Positions 27,606 through 36,825 of a stretch of 39,956 bases of DNA are shown in pieces. The DNA comes from a virus. Taxonomy: Duplodnaviria; Caudoviricetes. The translations under genes and the position numbers were made by a program. The notes under the pieces are model-generated. The model was not told the DNA's origin, searched no databases, and worked only from the letters and a program-made list of their open reading frames with translations. The stretch lies in the IMG/VR virus record IMGVR_UViG_3300032608_000514, positions 1 through 39,956 of that record; one strand, given 5' to 3'. Numbering within the stretch: the stretch's first letter is position 1; each line of letters starts with the position of its first letter.

Positions 27606-28043
27606 TTAGCTTAACACTCACAAACTGTTATCAGACACACTGAGAGCCAAATCTAGGGGTATGGAAAGGATTACTGGATGAAAGGGTTGGATATAGCTGG
27701 AGCCACACTGAATTTGCTAGGCATAGTCGCCTTAGTGTTCTTTATTGGCTTCATAATCTACATGGAGAGAAGGAGGGTATAATGTCAATTTCATGGACAA
27801 CTGTGTGGAGTGTAATTGTAGCACTGCTAATCCTAGCACTCATCGGTACTTTTCTGAGCGGGGCTAGGAGGACAGCATAATGGCAAGACGGAAGATGTAT
27901 AGGTTAAAACTAGAGAGCTTCAGTGGACTTAAGTATGAAGCACTTCAACTTGGGTATTCTGTTAAGGATGCTATAAGAGCTGGAGTGCAGTCAACTGAGA
28001 AACTACTTACTATTGAACCAGTGAAGAGAAGGAAGAGAAAGTA

Positions 28044-28316
28044 ATGCCACTCTGGCTAGTTATAATGGTAGCAGGTGCAGCCGGCACTGGCTTTTTATTC
28101 CTAAAAGCTAGGGAGATAGAGAGAGCTGCACCTTACAAGAAGATTAAGCAGTCTCAAAAGAACGTGAAGAAGGCTGCTAAAGCTGTAGCAGCACGACCTT
28201 CAACTCTAGCAGTGCATGAGCCTTTAACTAGCACTGAGCCGGTACAGATGAGCAAGGATATGGCAAGCAAAGTGGCAGCAGATATAGAGGAGGTTATGAG
28301 TAAAAAGGGACTATGA
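28044..28316 (+). CDS. N-terminal TM protein with a basic tail
   Basis: MPLWLVIMVAGAAGTGFLFL followed by a K-rich region. Confidence 0.65.
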   Translation: MPLWLVIMVAGAAGTGFLFLKAREIERAAPYKKIKQSQKNVKKAAKAVAARPSTLAVHEPLTSTEPVQMSKDMASKVAADIEEVMSKKGL

Positions 28317-28317
28317 C

Positions 28318-28447
28318 AGCAGGGGTGCTAGGGTAAAACCGGATAGCGCTTAACTGCCGAAGCGTTAAGACCTCGCCCTCCCGTGTGGTATCCGGTCTGT
28401 AATCGGGGAAAACTGCGAAGCCAGGGACGCAGTTTAGCACTCCTGCT
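28318..28447 (+). ncRNA. Candidate multi-stem structured RNA
   Basis: 13-bp closing stem plus nested stems of 8, 6 and 7-8 bp. Confidence 0.55.
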
Positions 28448-28462
28448 ACCTAGGAGGTTAAA

Positions 28463-29293
28463 ATGCCGGCGGGAGTAATAGCAGGAACTATCATAGGTGG
28501 CTTCAGTGTTTGGGCTGCAACAAGAGACGATAAAGGCAATGCACTACTTGAGGAAGTAAAAACAAAGAAGCCGCCGTTCTACAAAGTAATCACCCTTGAT
28601 ATGGCTACGGCTAGGGATGAAGTGGAGTTCAATGAGGTAGCTGACTTCATCCTCATCGACAACCAAGACGCTTCAGTCCCATGCTATATCAGGCTCAACG
28701 AGAAGGGCTTTGATAAGCTAGATATCCGCAAGTACTCAAGGTTTCAAGGTACTTTATGGCGCTTCTTCATTACTAACTCTGCAGGTAGCGGTCATATTGA
28801 CTTACTCCTGTGCCGTGGCTTGGCATTTCTAGCTGAGGAAGTAGAAGCGGGAGCGGAGAAGCTTCTACCATTCCACACTCTACGCAGCGATAAAGACAGC
28901 CACTTCACCGGTGCTATAGCTCAGAATGCAGTAGAAGAAGAAAACCTTACAGACCTTATTGGAAACAAGGTCAAGATTACAGGCATTATTGTCTTATCTG
29001 ACCAGCAACTGGATTACCGAGTTATCTTCTATAGTACTGATGGCTTTGCCAACACTGACCTCAACTTAGATACTCTTATCAACGAAGTAGAGCTCGACTT
29101 GCCTAGCTATGGTTTCCGTATCGCCGGTACGGGTAAATACTGCATGGTTGTTACTGGCTTAGATATCGACTATATAGACGACGATGCTAGCGAAGAGCTT
29201 CATGTAGCACTGCAGAACTTATCAAGTACTTCAAAGACAGCAGGAGCTAACGGAGAAGTTATCCTGCGGTTTATCTATGAGGAGAGAGACTAA
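28463..29293 (+). CDS. Two-domain beta-rich structural protein (vertex/penton candidate)
   Basis: Beta-strand periodicity; precedes the adhesin and spike genes. Confidence 0.5.
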   Translation: MPAGVIAGTIIGGFSVWAATRDDKGNALLEEVKTKKPPFYKVITLDMATARDEVEFNEVADFILIDNQDASVPCYIRLNEKGFDKLDIRKYSRFQGTLWRFFITNSAGSGHIDLLLCRGLAFLAEEVEAGAEKLLPFHTLRSDKDSHFTGAIAQNAVEEENLTDLIGNKVKITGIIVLSDQQLDYRVIFYSTDGFANTDLNLDTLINEVELDLPSYGFRIAGTGKYCMVVTGLDIDYIDDDASEELHVALQNLSSTSKTAGANGEVILRFIYEERD

Positions 29294-29580
29294 TGCGTAT
29301 TGACCAGATGTTAGCGCCTCATACCATGCTTATGATACACGGTGCAACACTGCACGGTACGCTTGACGATGATGGAGGTGAAGCTTGTGATTGTGGTTTC
29401 GAGTATGGGGAGACAGATAGCTATGGAACTACTACCAGTACTGAGAGCAAGGGGACGGGTGAGACGTTCTCTCAAGTACTTACCGGGCTACTGCGAAATA
29501 CCACCTACCACTTTAGAGCACTGGCAACCAATGTAGGAGGAACTGGATACGGCGATGATGCAACTTTCACAACATTTTAG
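29293..29580 (+). CDS. FN3-like domain lacking its first strand
   Basis: ATLHG..DDGG...GFEYG...YG....LTGL..NTTYHFRA.ATN..GT.YG.D.TFTT. Confidence 0.75.
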   Translation: MRIDQMLAPHTMLMIHGATLHGTLDDDGGEACDCGFEYGETDSYGTTTSTESKGTGETFSQVLTGLLRNTTYHFRALATNVGGTGYGDDATFTTF

Positions 29581-29591
29581 AGGAGGAAATA

Positions 29592-30503
29592 ATGCCAGAC
29601 TGGACAGCTGAAGAGAATTGGCCTGAAGCGTGGGCTGTAATTACTTTCTCTCCTATCGTAGTTGAGTCCGGAGAGTACATTGTATATGTCGGCGGGGTTA
29701 CTATCACCAAGTTCTATAAGTACAATCTCGACACGAACACCTGGACAGAGCTGACGGACCCGCCTGCAGCCCTTTATGCCCAGCTTAGTATGTCTCCCGA
29801 TGAGACTAAACTGGCCGGCCATGTAGCCAACGGCACTCAACTATTTATCTATACTATCTCTGGTAATAGCTGGGCGAGTAGTTCTGTTGCTCCACAGATG
29901 AATGGTAATAATATCATGATACAGTCAACTGTGTGGGCCGATGATAATGACACTGTGTGGTGTCAAGTACGAGCTTCCGTTGGTGCTACTTTGACAGTCA
30001 AGTTCTTCAAATATGTAGTGTCGATTGACACTTGGACACAATACACTAATTCAGTAACGCCTGCTACTCATAACTCAATATGTTTATGTATCAATACTGC
30101 TGGAACCATATTGTATGCTGGTCAGTGCGGGGCGACTTACCGAGCTACTACTAAGTACACCATAGCTACTGATACTTATGGTTCTGGTCCAACTCTCCCT
30201 TCAGCATATTATTTTACCCTCTCTGCTGACCAACATAAGCTCTGGTATGGACCTAAGCGAACTTCACCAGCAGCTCATGTTACAATCACGAACTTCGTCA
30301 ACCCTGATACTGAGGGGTTTGAGGGCGTTTTCCCTGAGCTTGATGCTGCTAATAAACCAAGCAACCTCTCAACTGGAGTTTATGGAGTAGTCGTTGCGAT
30401 TGCGGACTATAAGATATCTGAGCCAAAGAACTGGTCTTATATAATAACACCAGCTACACCTATCCCTACTGTAACAACTGACCCAGCTACAGCAATAAGG
30501 TGA
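29592..30503 (+). CDS. Kelch-like beta-propeller (receptor-binding candidate)
   Basis: FYKYNLDTNTWT, FIYTISGNSW, FFKYVVSIDTWT and TKYTIATDTY repeats. Confidence 0.7.
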   Translation: MPDWTAEENWPEAWAVITFSPIVVESGEYIVYVGGVTITKFYKYNLDTNTWTELTDPPAALYAQLSMSPDETKLAGHVANGTQLFIYTISGNSWASSSVAPQMNGNNIMIQSTVWADDNDTVWCQVRASVGATLTVKFFKYVVSIDTWTQYTNSVTPATHNSICLCINTAGTILYAGQCGATYRATTKYTIATDTYGSGPTLPSAYYFTLSADQHKLWYGPKRTSPAAHVTITNFVNPDTEGFEGVFPELDAANKPSNLSTGVYGVVVAIADYKISEPKNWSYIITPATPIPTVTTDPATAIR

Positions 30504-30507
30504 GGAA

Positions 30508-33500
30508 ATGAAAGTAAGTCAGATATTACCAAAGACGAAAGTAGCCGGGATAGCACCGTACTTTGAGCTACTGGAGAATGACCAGACATACCCTGCCGGC
30601 ATGTACCGGTGGATAGCTACCGGCGATACAGTGGTTCTTCAGAGAGCCTTAGCAGTAGATTGGAGCTCAAGCAGAGCAGTCTTCACAGTTGATAGCGCCG
30701 GTGCCATTACCCTTGTCAGTGCCTTAGATATGGGCACTAACCTTATCAATAACGTAGTAGACCCGGTATCAGCTCAAGATGCAGCTACTAAAGCCTATGT
30801 GGATGCTGCTATCCTTACCAAGGATACTTTCTTAGAGCTTAATGATACGCCTAGTAGCTTCACTGCTAATAGGATGGTAGCTGTCAATGCTGCAGGTAAC
30901 GCTCTTGAGTGGAAGACTGATGCTCAGATATTAGCTTTGCTCAGTGGTGATGCTGATGCTGCCTTCGACTGGAATGACCAGAACTTAACTGGGGTAGGTA
31001 GTGTAACTGTAGATGCTGCCACAACTTATCCTATACGCCTATCAGGCACTATTGATAGTGGAGCGGGTATCTACGCCACTCACAGCCAGACTGCGGCTTG
31101 CTATGCCGGTATCTGGTATGCGCTTACCTCTACAGTTATATCTGGCGATGTTACTGCTATAAGAGGTATAGCTACAGGTAATGCGGCTAGTGCTGGAGCC
31201 AATGTCAGAGGCGGGTACTTTGAATCTAAAGCTGGGGCTAGTAAGTTTGCAGCTATGCTTGAAGGTGCTTTATTCCATGCCGACTACTCTGCTGGTAGCG
31301 TAACAATATCAGGTGATGTCAGAGGCTTTACGGCTCACATAAGCCAAGGAGCTAGCCTTAGTGCTGCCAACCTCTATGGTGGTCTTATCAACATCCAGAC
31401 TAGGGGCGATGAGACTATTGCCACTGATGATGTCGGGCTGATGATAAGGAACGAGGCGGTAGGTGGAACTGGCAGACAGATGGATGCTGGTCTCAAACTA
31501 GCCGACCTAAATCTTAGTGGTGGGGTTAAAGGGTTTGGCTATGGCATAGACTTGAACGGGGTGAATATTGCCACTGCCGATATTAGGTTTGCCAACGGTG
31601 AGACAATAACTGGGTTAGACGATACACCTGTAGATGCAGCTACGACTTCAGCTATAAGTTCTAACTGGGCTTTTGACCAAGGAACTGTAACTAGGGAACC
31701 TACAGGATTTCCTAACCTCACAGATACGTCTACGCCAACTTTCTCATCTTCAACGATAACACTGGCAAAGACTAATGGTAGTTTTGACTTTTATATTCAA
31801 GGAGTGAAGTTCGCCAAGACAGCGAATCAGACAGTATCCCTACCAAACGGCGATGCTACTGATATTGGAACATGGTACATCTACTTTAACTCATCGGGTA
31901 CTCTTACAGCTACAAAAACAACTTCATGGGATATAGCTGCTGCTGATGATTGCTCTGTGGCTGTCCTCTATTTTAACGGGACAGCCGGTAGGATATGTGA
32001 TGAGCGACATGGTACAGTTATGGATGCCTCAACCCATGACTTACTTCATTACACAGTAGGAACTAGATATGAGTCTGGGCTAACAGGAACTTTCACTAAT
32101 CCAGCGGCAATAGCCGTGGCTTTGGGTGTTATCAATGATGAAGATTTAGAATATGCTATTGGTGCTCAGACACAGTGTATTCCTTTCTATCATAGTAGTG
32201 GGGTTTACACCTTCGCTGCTGCCCAAAACTCCTATGTGGTGCAGGTATCCGATATATTACAATATGATGACCTGACCGACCTTGCCATAGTTCCCAATAA
32301 TAGTTACGTGGCCTATTGGATATTTGCCACAATGGACACAGTAACCCCTATATGGGTAATGCCTGGTCAAAGGACAGACGTTCTACTCAAAGATGCTAGG
32401 GCGAATAATACTTATGAGTCTTTGTCTTTGGGTACACTACCGTTCCCCGAAATGAAACTGTTGTATAGAGTAATCTTGCGGAGGAGTGGTACTAGCGAAA
32501 CCTATACAGAGACACAGGATTTAAGGACTATTTCTAATCTGCCTGCTGGCGTTTATTTAGCAACAGTCCATAGTTCTTTGACTGGATTACTCAATGATGA
32601 CCATACCCAGTATCTATTAGCTGATGGGACGAGGGCATTGGCCGGTGCTTGGGATATGGGTTCTCAAAATCTGACTAATGTTGATATAGATAGTGGGACT
32701 ATGGATGGAGTAACTATAACTGCACCTGTTCTTGATGGCACAGTTACCAATACTGGTGCTACCCTAATTCTACCAGCCCATTCTATCGGTGGCAAGTTGA
32801 CTGCTGGAGCTAATGAGATAGAGGGTTCTGCCTTTGACATAGATGGCGGAGATATAAGTGCTGCTACTATCTCTGGAGGATTAACTTGGTCTGCTTCTCA
32901 AAATCTTGGTGCTTATACTCACTTTATAAATGAGACAGCCAACGCCTTTATGACCTATGGGCTTACCATAAATCAGGGTGCTGCCGATAATGAAGCGCTA
33001 GCCCTAAAGTCCTCAGATGTTTCTCATGGTATAACAACTCTTGCAGAAGCGGATACATTTGCAACTTTCAAGAAACAAACCCCTGCTGCTGGTGGGTTAG
33101 CAATACGAGGCTATAGAAGCAGTGCTGCCGCTCCTTACCACGCTTTAACTCTGGAAGGTGTGCTTGGCGAGGCGGCTCAAACTACAAAAGCCACTGACTC
33201 ATATGGCATTATAAGCCTCTGGGCATTTATTCAAAGTGGGAGTACTTATGGTGAGGTTGGTGCTAACGGAAATCTGCTATCAATAGTGAATTACGGAACC
33301 ACTCGTTTCATCTTTGACGCTGAAGGAACAATACATCTTTTAACTGGTGATAATGACCTTGATATGCTTGTCCTATCAGGGACTACAGGAACACCTACAT
33401 TAAGTTGGGACGAAGACCCAGGCGTGTTTGTCTTTAACCAACCACTAACCGTGTCTGGCGATGTTACTGTCAGCAACCTCGTCACTGCTGGTAATGTAGA

Positions 33501-34506
33501 TGGTGTAGATGTATCAGCTCATGCCGTTGCCAATACGGGAGTGCATGGAATAGGAGCTTCCACCTTTGCCACTGCTGCTACCCTAGCTACCCATGCTGCT
33601 TTGATAACTGGGGTTCACGGGTTGGTTATAACGGCAGGTAAAACTTTTACCCTGACCAATTCGCTAACATTATCAGGAACAGATGCCAGCACTTTGAACA
33701 TAGGAACTGGTGGAACGCTTGGAACTGCTGCCTATACAGCAACAACGGCTTATGAGGCTTCGGGTGCAGTCTCAACTCACGCAGACCTGACTACTGGAAT
33801 TCACGGAGTCGGAGCTTCAACTATAGCTTCTGTAGCTAATATAGCTACTCATGCCGATAACACAACCACTGCTCACGGTGCAGTTTCGGCTGCTACTGCT
33901 TCAAAGATGGTAGTCAGAGATGCTCAAGGACAAGCCAAGTTTGCTGCCGCTGCTGAGGCTGGAGATGCTTTAATAAAGGGAACTAGAGTTACCACGGCAG
34001 AACTCCCAGCTATGACTGATGAGAAGATATGGAAGGGCACAGGGGCTAGTGTTGAGGAAGTGGATATGCCTAGCGGAGGAACTAAAGAGTTCTTTGTGCC
34101 AGTTACGGGCTGGTGGGGAGGGACACCCGACCTTGGGCTAAAAGGTGCTCTCATAGACGGAGCGGGCAAATATTGCTCAATGACTATTCTTATTCCGCAG
34201 GACTTTACTGCGATTACTTCACTTGAAGTCATATTTCTGCCACAGGCGACAGGAGCTGGAATGAACGTCACCATTACCACTTATTTTGGTGCTTATGCTG
34301 GTGGTGAAGCCTACAATGCTGGCAGTGAAACTGAAGCCGATAGAGCTCTGGGGGCAACTGTTACCGACCAGAACCTTGCCCATGATATCGCAGACCTTGT
34401 AACAGGATTAGTTGCAGGTGATGTGCTAACAGTTACGGCAAACCACCGTGCAACAGCCGTTGCCACTAACAGTTATGTTAGGGGAATAAGATTTAAATAT
34501 AGTTAG
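30508..34506 (+). CDS. Large mosaic spike/fibre protein (1332 aa)
   Basis: DPVSAQDAATKAYVD, DDHTQYLLADG and HAxxxTGVHG repeats; G/A/T-rich. Confidence 0.8.
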   Translation: MKVSQILPKTKVAGIAPYFELLENDQTYPAGMYRWIATGDTVVLQRALAVDWSSSRAVFTVDSAGAITLVSALDMGTNLINNVVDPVSAQDAATKAYVDAAILTKDTFLELNDTPSSFTANRMVAVNAAGNALEWKTDAQILALLSGDADAAFDWNDQNLTGVGSVTVDAATTYPIRLSGTIDSGAGIYATHSQTAACYAGIWYALTSTVISGDVTAIRGIATGNAASAGANVRGGYFESKAGASKFAAMLEGALFHADYSAGSVTISGDVRGFTAHISQGASLSAANLYGGLINIQTRGDETIATDDVGLMIRNEAVGGTGRQMDAGLKLADLNLSGGVKGFGYGIDLNGVNIATADIRFANGETITGLDDTPVDAATTSAISSNWAFDQGTVTREPTGFPNLTDTSTPTFSSSTITLAKTNGSFDFYIQGVKFAKTANQTVSLPNGDATDIGTWYIYFNSSGTLTATKTTSWDIAAADDCSVAVLYFNGTAGRICDERHGTVMDASTHDLLHYTVGTRYESGLTGTFTNPAAIAVALGVINDEDLEYAIGAQTQCIPFYHSSGVYTFAAAQNSYVVQVSDILQYDDLTDLAIVPNNSYVAYWIFATMDTVTPIWVMPGQRTDVLLKDARANNTYESLSLGTLPFPEMKLLYRVILRRSGTSETYTETQDLRTISNLPAGVYLATVHSSLTGLLNDDHTQYLLADGTRALAGAWDMGSQNLTNVDIDSGTMDGVTITAPVLDGTVTNTGATLILPAHSIGGKLTAGANEIEGSAFDIDGGDISAATISGGLTWSASQNLGAYTHFINETANAFMTYGLTINQGAADNEALALKSSDVSHGITTLAEADTFATFKKQTPAAGGLAIRGYRSSAAAPYHALTLEGVLGEAAQTTKATDSYGIISLWAFIQSGSTYGEVGANGNLLSIVNYGTTRFIFDAEGTIHLLTGDNDLDMLVLSGTTGTPTLSWDEDPGVFVFNQPLTVSGDVTVSNLVTAGNVDGVDVSAHAVANTGVHGIGASTFATAATLATHAALITGVHGLVITAGKTFTLTNSLTLSGTDASTLNIGTGGTLGTAAYTATTAYEASGAVSTHADLTTGIHGVGASTIASVANIATHADNTTTAHGAVSAATASKMVVRDAQGQAKFAAAAEAGDALIKGTRVTTAELPAMTDEKIWKGTGASVEEVDMPSGGTKEFFVPVTGWWGGTPDLGLKGALIDGAGKYCSMTILIPQDFTAITSLEVIFLPQATGAGMNVTITTYFGAYAGGEAYNAGSETEADRALGATVTDQNLAHDIADLVTGLVAGDVLTVTANHRATAVATNSYVRGIRFKYS

Positions 34507-34515
34507 GAGACTACA

Positions 34516-34743
34516 ATGGCAAAGAGAATTAAAAACCCGATTATAGTAACCATTACCAAAAGCACAGATGAGGACGGAAACCCTGTAATAAAAACTGAGG
34601 ACAGATATGGTGTTGAGTGTGATGATGGGTTGTTTGAGAAGAAAGCATTTGTGCCTGCGTGGAGCAGGAACTCAAAGGGCGCATTTAACACTATTCTACG
34701 AGAAGCAATAAGTTTGGCTGAGGAACACGAGGAAATATCTTAG
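34516..34743 (+). CDS. Hypothetical protein (possible spike chaperone)
   Basis: AGGAG RBS; follows the spike gene. Confidence 0.6.
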   Translation: MAKRIKNPIIVTITKSTDEDGNPVIKTEDRYGVECDDGLFEKKAFVPAWSRNSKGAFNTILREAISLAEEHEEIS

Positions 34744-34750
34744 CAGCTAG

Positions 34751-34780
34751 TTGTAAAAGACCGTAGCTTTGTGTTAAAAT
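34751..34780 (+). promoter_or_regulatory. Possible internal sigma70 promoter
   Basis: TTGTAA-N18-TAAAAT with a TG extended -10. Confidence 0.4.
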
Positions 34781-34784
34781 ACAG

Positions 34785-35177
34785 ATGGAGGTGCTAATAA
34801 TGAAGGTCTTTAAGAATACGGTAGTTACCGGCTACGACGGAAAGCCAATCAAGCTCCCTTTTAGAGAAAACGAGGGAGACCCAATGCAGTTTAGGGAGGC
34901 TAAGCTAGACTTCGTCTTGCGGATTATCCTCAACAATGCCCCTATCAGCACCCAGAACGACTCAATACAAGGGCAGAGACTAGCGCAGGCACTTGATGCA
35001 GCTAAAGGAACTATAGAGCTTGAAGATGGTATTCACGACTGGCTGAAGCCGATAGCCGAGAAAGCTACTCCTCAGCTGTTTAGAGTAAACGGTAATGTCG
35101 TCTACAAGTACATCTGTGAAGCTTTTGAGAAGCCACACCAGCCGGTAGAGGAAAAGAAAGTAGAGAAGGCTTCATAA
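34785..35177 (+). CDS. Hypothetical protein, last gene of the plus arm (probable start 34800)
   Basis: GGAGGTG precedes the ATG at 34800; the TAA lies in a boundary-site arm. Confidence 0.7.
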   Translation: MEVLIMKVFKNTVVTGYDGKPIKLPFRENEGDPMQFREAKLDFVLRIILNNAPISTQNDSIQGQRLAQALDAAKGTIELEDGIHDWLKPIAEKATPQLFRVNGNVVYKYICEAFEKPHQPVEEKKVEKAS

Positions 35178-35194
35178 CAGTTCTACAACAAGTG

Positions 35195-35374
35195 TTAAGC
35201 GCTTTCCTTCGCCAAAATCTGCTCTTGTGCCTTGGGTAAATCCCTAGCACAATCTGCACAGATAATACGGTCTCTTCCATCATCCATTACGATTAGAGCA
35301 GCCATTGCTCCACAGAATGACTTATCACAGGCTTCACATTCGTGCGATGTAGTCCATCTACTGAGTATCTTCAC
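35195..35374 (-). CDS. 59-aa Zn-finger protein (site-bounded unit)
   Basis: CEACD...CADCA...KESA*; stop in the site arm. Preceded by a 44-aa TM ORF at 35371-35505. Confidence 0.6.
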   Translation of the reverse strand: MKILSRWTTSHECEACDKSFCGAMAALIVMDDGRDRIICADCARDLPKAQEQILAKESA

Positions 35375-35544
35375 TTTCTATTCCCCCTCGTTTTCTTAAA
35401 TGCTGTAAATCCACTAGCACACCACCACCCATAGAGAAATGCAACTATGAGCACAAGGAAAAAGCATAAAAGTAAAAGTATATCAACCCAGATAGGATTA
35501 GCCATTATTCCCTCCTCTTTAACTTATTATCATCTAGTGTTAAG

Positions 35545-35730
35545 CTAAAAACTATCCCACTCTGGTAGGTTATAGAATGTACCTGGTTCCATATCCACAA
35601 CCTCTATAAGGTATTTATTACCAACCTCGTCATATTCTAGCCCACCCTGAATTTCATCCCATACTGCCATTCTATCTATATAGAGTGGGCATCCTCCCCC
35701 ATCGCCCTCGGTTACTTTCCAAACTTTCAT
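35545..35730 (-). CDS. Hypothetical protein (site-bounded unit)
   Basis: AGGAGG RBS; ends next to a site. Confidence 0.65.
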   Translation of the reverse strand: MKVWKVTEGDGGGCPLYIDRMAVWDEIQGGLEYDEVGNKYLIEVVDMEPGTFYNLPEWDSF

Positions 35731-35742
35731 ACCTTCCCTCCT

Positions 35743-35955
35743 TCAACTTAGTATATGGCAGTGAGCATGGTCTTGTATCTGCCTCTGCTCCCACCGTATC
35801 TTCTTACCGGGAAACATGGAGGCAATAAAACATTTCTCCCACTCAGCGAACTCTGGCCTATGCTCCCTTGATACCATTAGCGGTATGCCACAGGTATGGC
35901 AGATGGTTAAGATAAAGCCATCTGTACTATTGTTTAGCTTGCATAGTTCGCACAT
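35743..35955 (-). CDS. Small HIT-like/Zn-binding protein
   Basis: MCELC...CHTC...DHAHCH (HxHxH). Confidence 0.55.
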   Translation of the reverse strand: MCELCKLNNSTDGFILTICHTCGIPLMVSREHRPEFAEWEKCFIASMFPGKKIRWEQRQIQDHAHCHILS

Positions 35956-35987
35956 AGTATCCTCCTTTAACAGATGTCATTGAACTG

Positions 35988-36305
35988 TTAAGCACCTTTA
36001 AGCCGTTCTCTTAGGATAAAGACAGCTGCTTCCAGCTCATACCCTGGAACAAATAAAGTGTCCCACCTCTTCGGAGTCCCTGCACATGCATGCCAACCCT
36101 TACCCAGCTCAAAGTGCTCACTATCCATATCGAAGGACTCATAACCGGTAGGTCCACCTACAAGGTAGAACCACCAATGGAAGCCAGTCCCATATTTAGC
36201 ATAGTACTCGAGATTTACGGTGGACTCTTCGCCAGTGATGCAGTTGGTCCTAACACATGTTGTAGTGCCCTTTCCATAGACTATGTCTCCTGTAATAGGT
36301 TTCAT
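35988..36305 (-). CDS. Hypothetical protein (site-bounded unit)
   Basis: Fills the interval between two sites; ends GA*. Confidence 0.7.
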   Translation of the reverse strand: MKPITGDIVYGKGTTTCVRTNCITGEESTVNLEYYAKYGTGFHWWFYLVGGPTGYESFDMDSEHFELGKGWHACAGTPKRWDTLFVPGYELEAAVFILRERLKGA

Positions 36306-36341
36306 ATTGCCTCCTTTAACACTAGATTGTCAACTGTTAAG

Positions 36342-36794
36342 TTACTTGAGTTGCTTCTTCCACAATTGTTTATCGCACATCGGTTGGTCAGTTCTTCTAC
36401 CGCTGCGACTTGGGCAATTCCAATCACGACCCTTTATCATATGGTCGAAATGCCAACCGGCAGCTATTAGAGAAATTCCTACCTCATCTTCTAATATAGA
36501 TGTTTGTATCCAGTCAAAACCCATAGCTAGAGCTGCACGAGCACAAGCCGAGTAGAGTTTACTACATACATGGCGAGTCCCATCAGAAACAAGACGAGTC
36601 ACTTCGGCAACTCTATATTGGTTTACTTCTCTTGCTACTGGTCTGCCCACAACGGCAATTCCGTGAATAATATTCAACTCATCTTCACAACCAATGGAAA
36701 AGCGATGACCAACAACACGCTTATGATGACGGTGTAATTGCTCTATCATTTCATTGGCTTGTTTTAATGTCGCTGGGAATAATCTTAATTTCAT
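36342..36794 (-). CDS. XF1762-family / Mom-like GNAT protein
   Basis: LKQAN....HRHH...GHRFSIG, GIAVVGRPVAR, EVTRL..DG, CSKLYSA, E.G.SL.AAGW. Confidence 0.75.
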   Translation of the reverse strand: MKLRLFPATLKQANEMIEQLHRHHKRVVGHRFSIGCEDELNIIHGIAVVGRPVAREVNQYRVAEVTRLVSDGTRHVCSKLYSACARAALAMGFDWIQTSILEDEVGISLIAAGWHFDHMIKGRDWNCPSRSGRRTDQPMCDKQLWKKQLK

Positions 36795-36825
36795 CTTCCT
36801 TCCCTTAACTGTTCATATACTATTG

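Noticed and set aside
28350-28368. TTAAC-N9-GTTAA as another cassette site
   Set aside because: Wrong spacing, and it forms a stem inside the structured RNA.
28397-28430. Cobalamin or c-di-GMP riboswitch (CTGTAATCGGGGAA, AAGCCAGGGAC, GGGACGCA)
   Set aside because: Only short fragments match; order and core junctions do not fit, and the gene context is unrelated.
34753-34777. GTAAA-N15-GTTAA as a degenerate site
   Set aside because: The left arm matches only 3 of 5 bases; a promoter explains it better.
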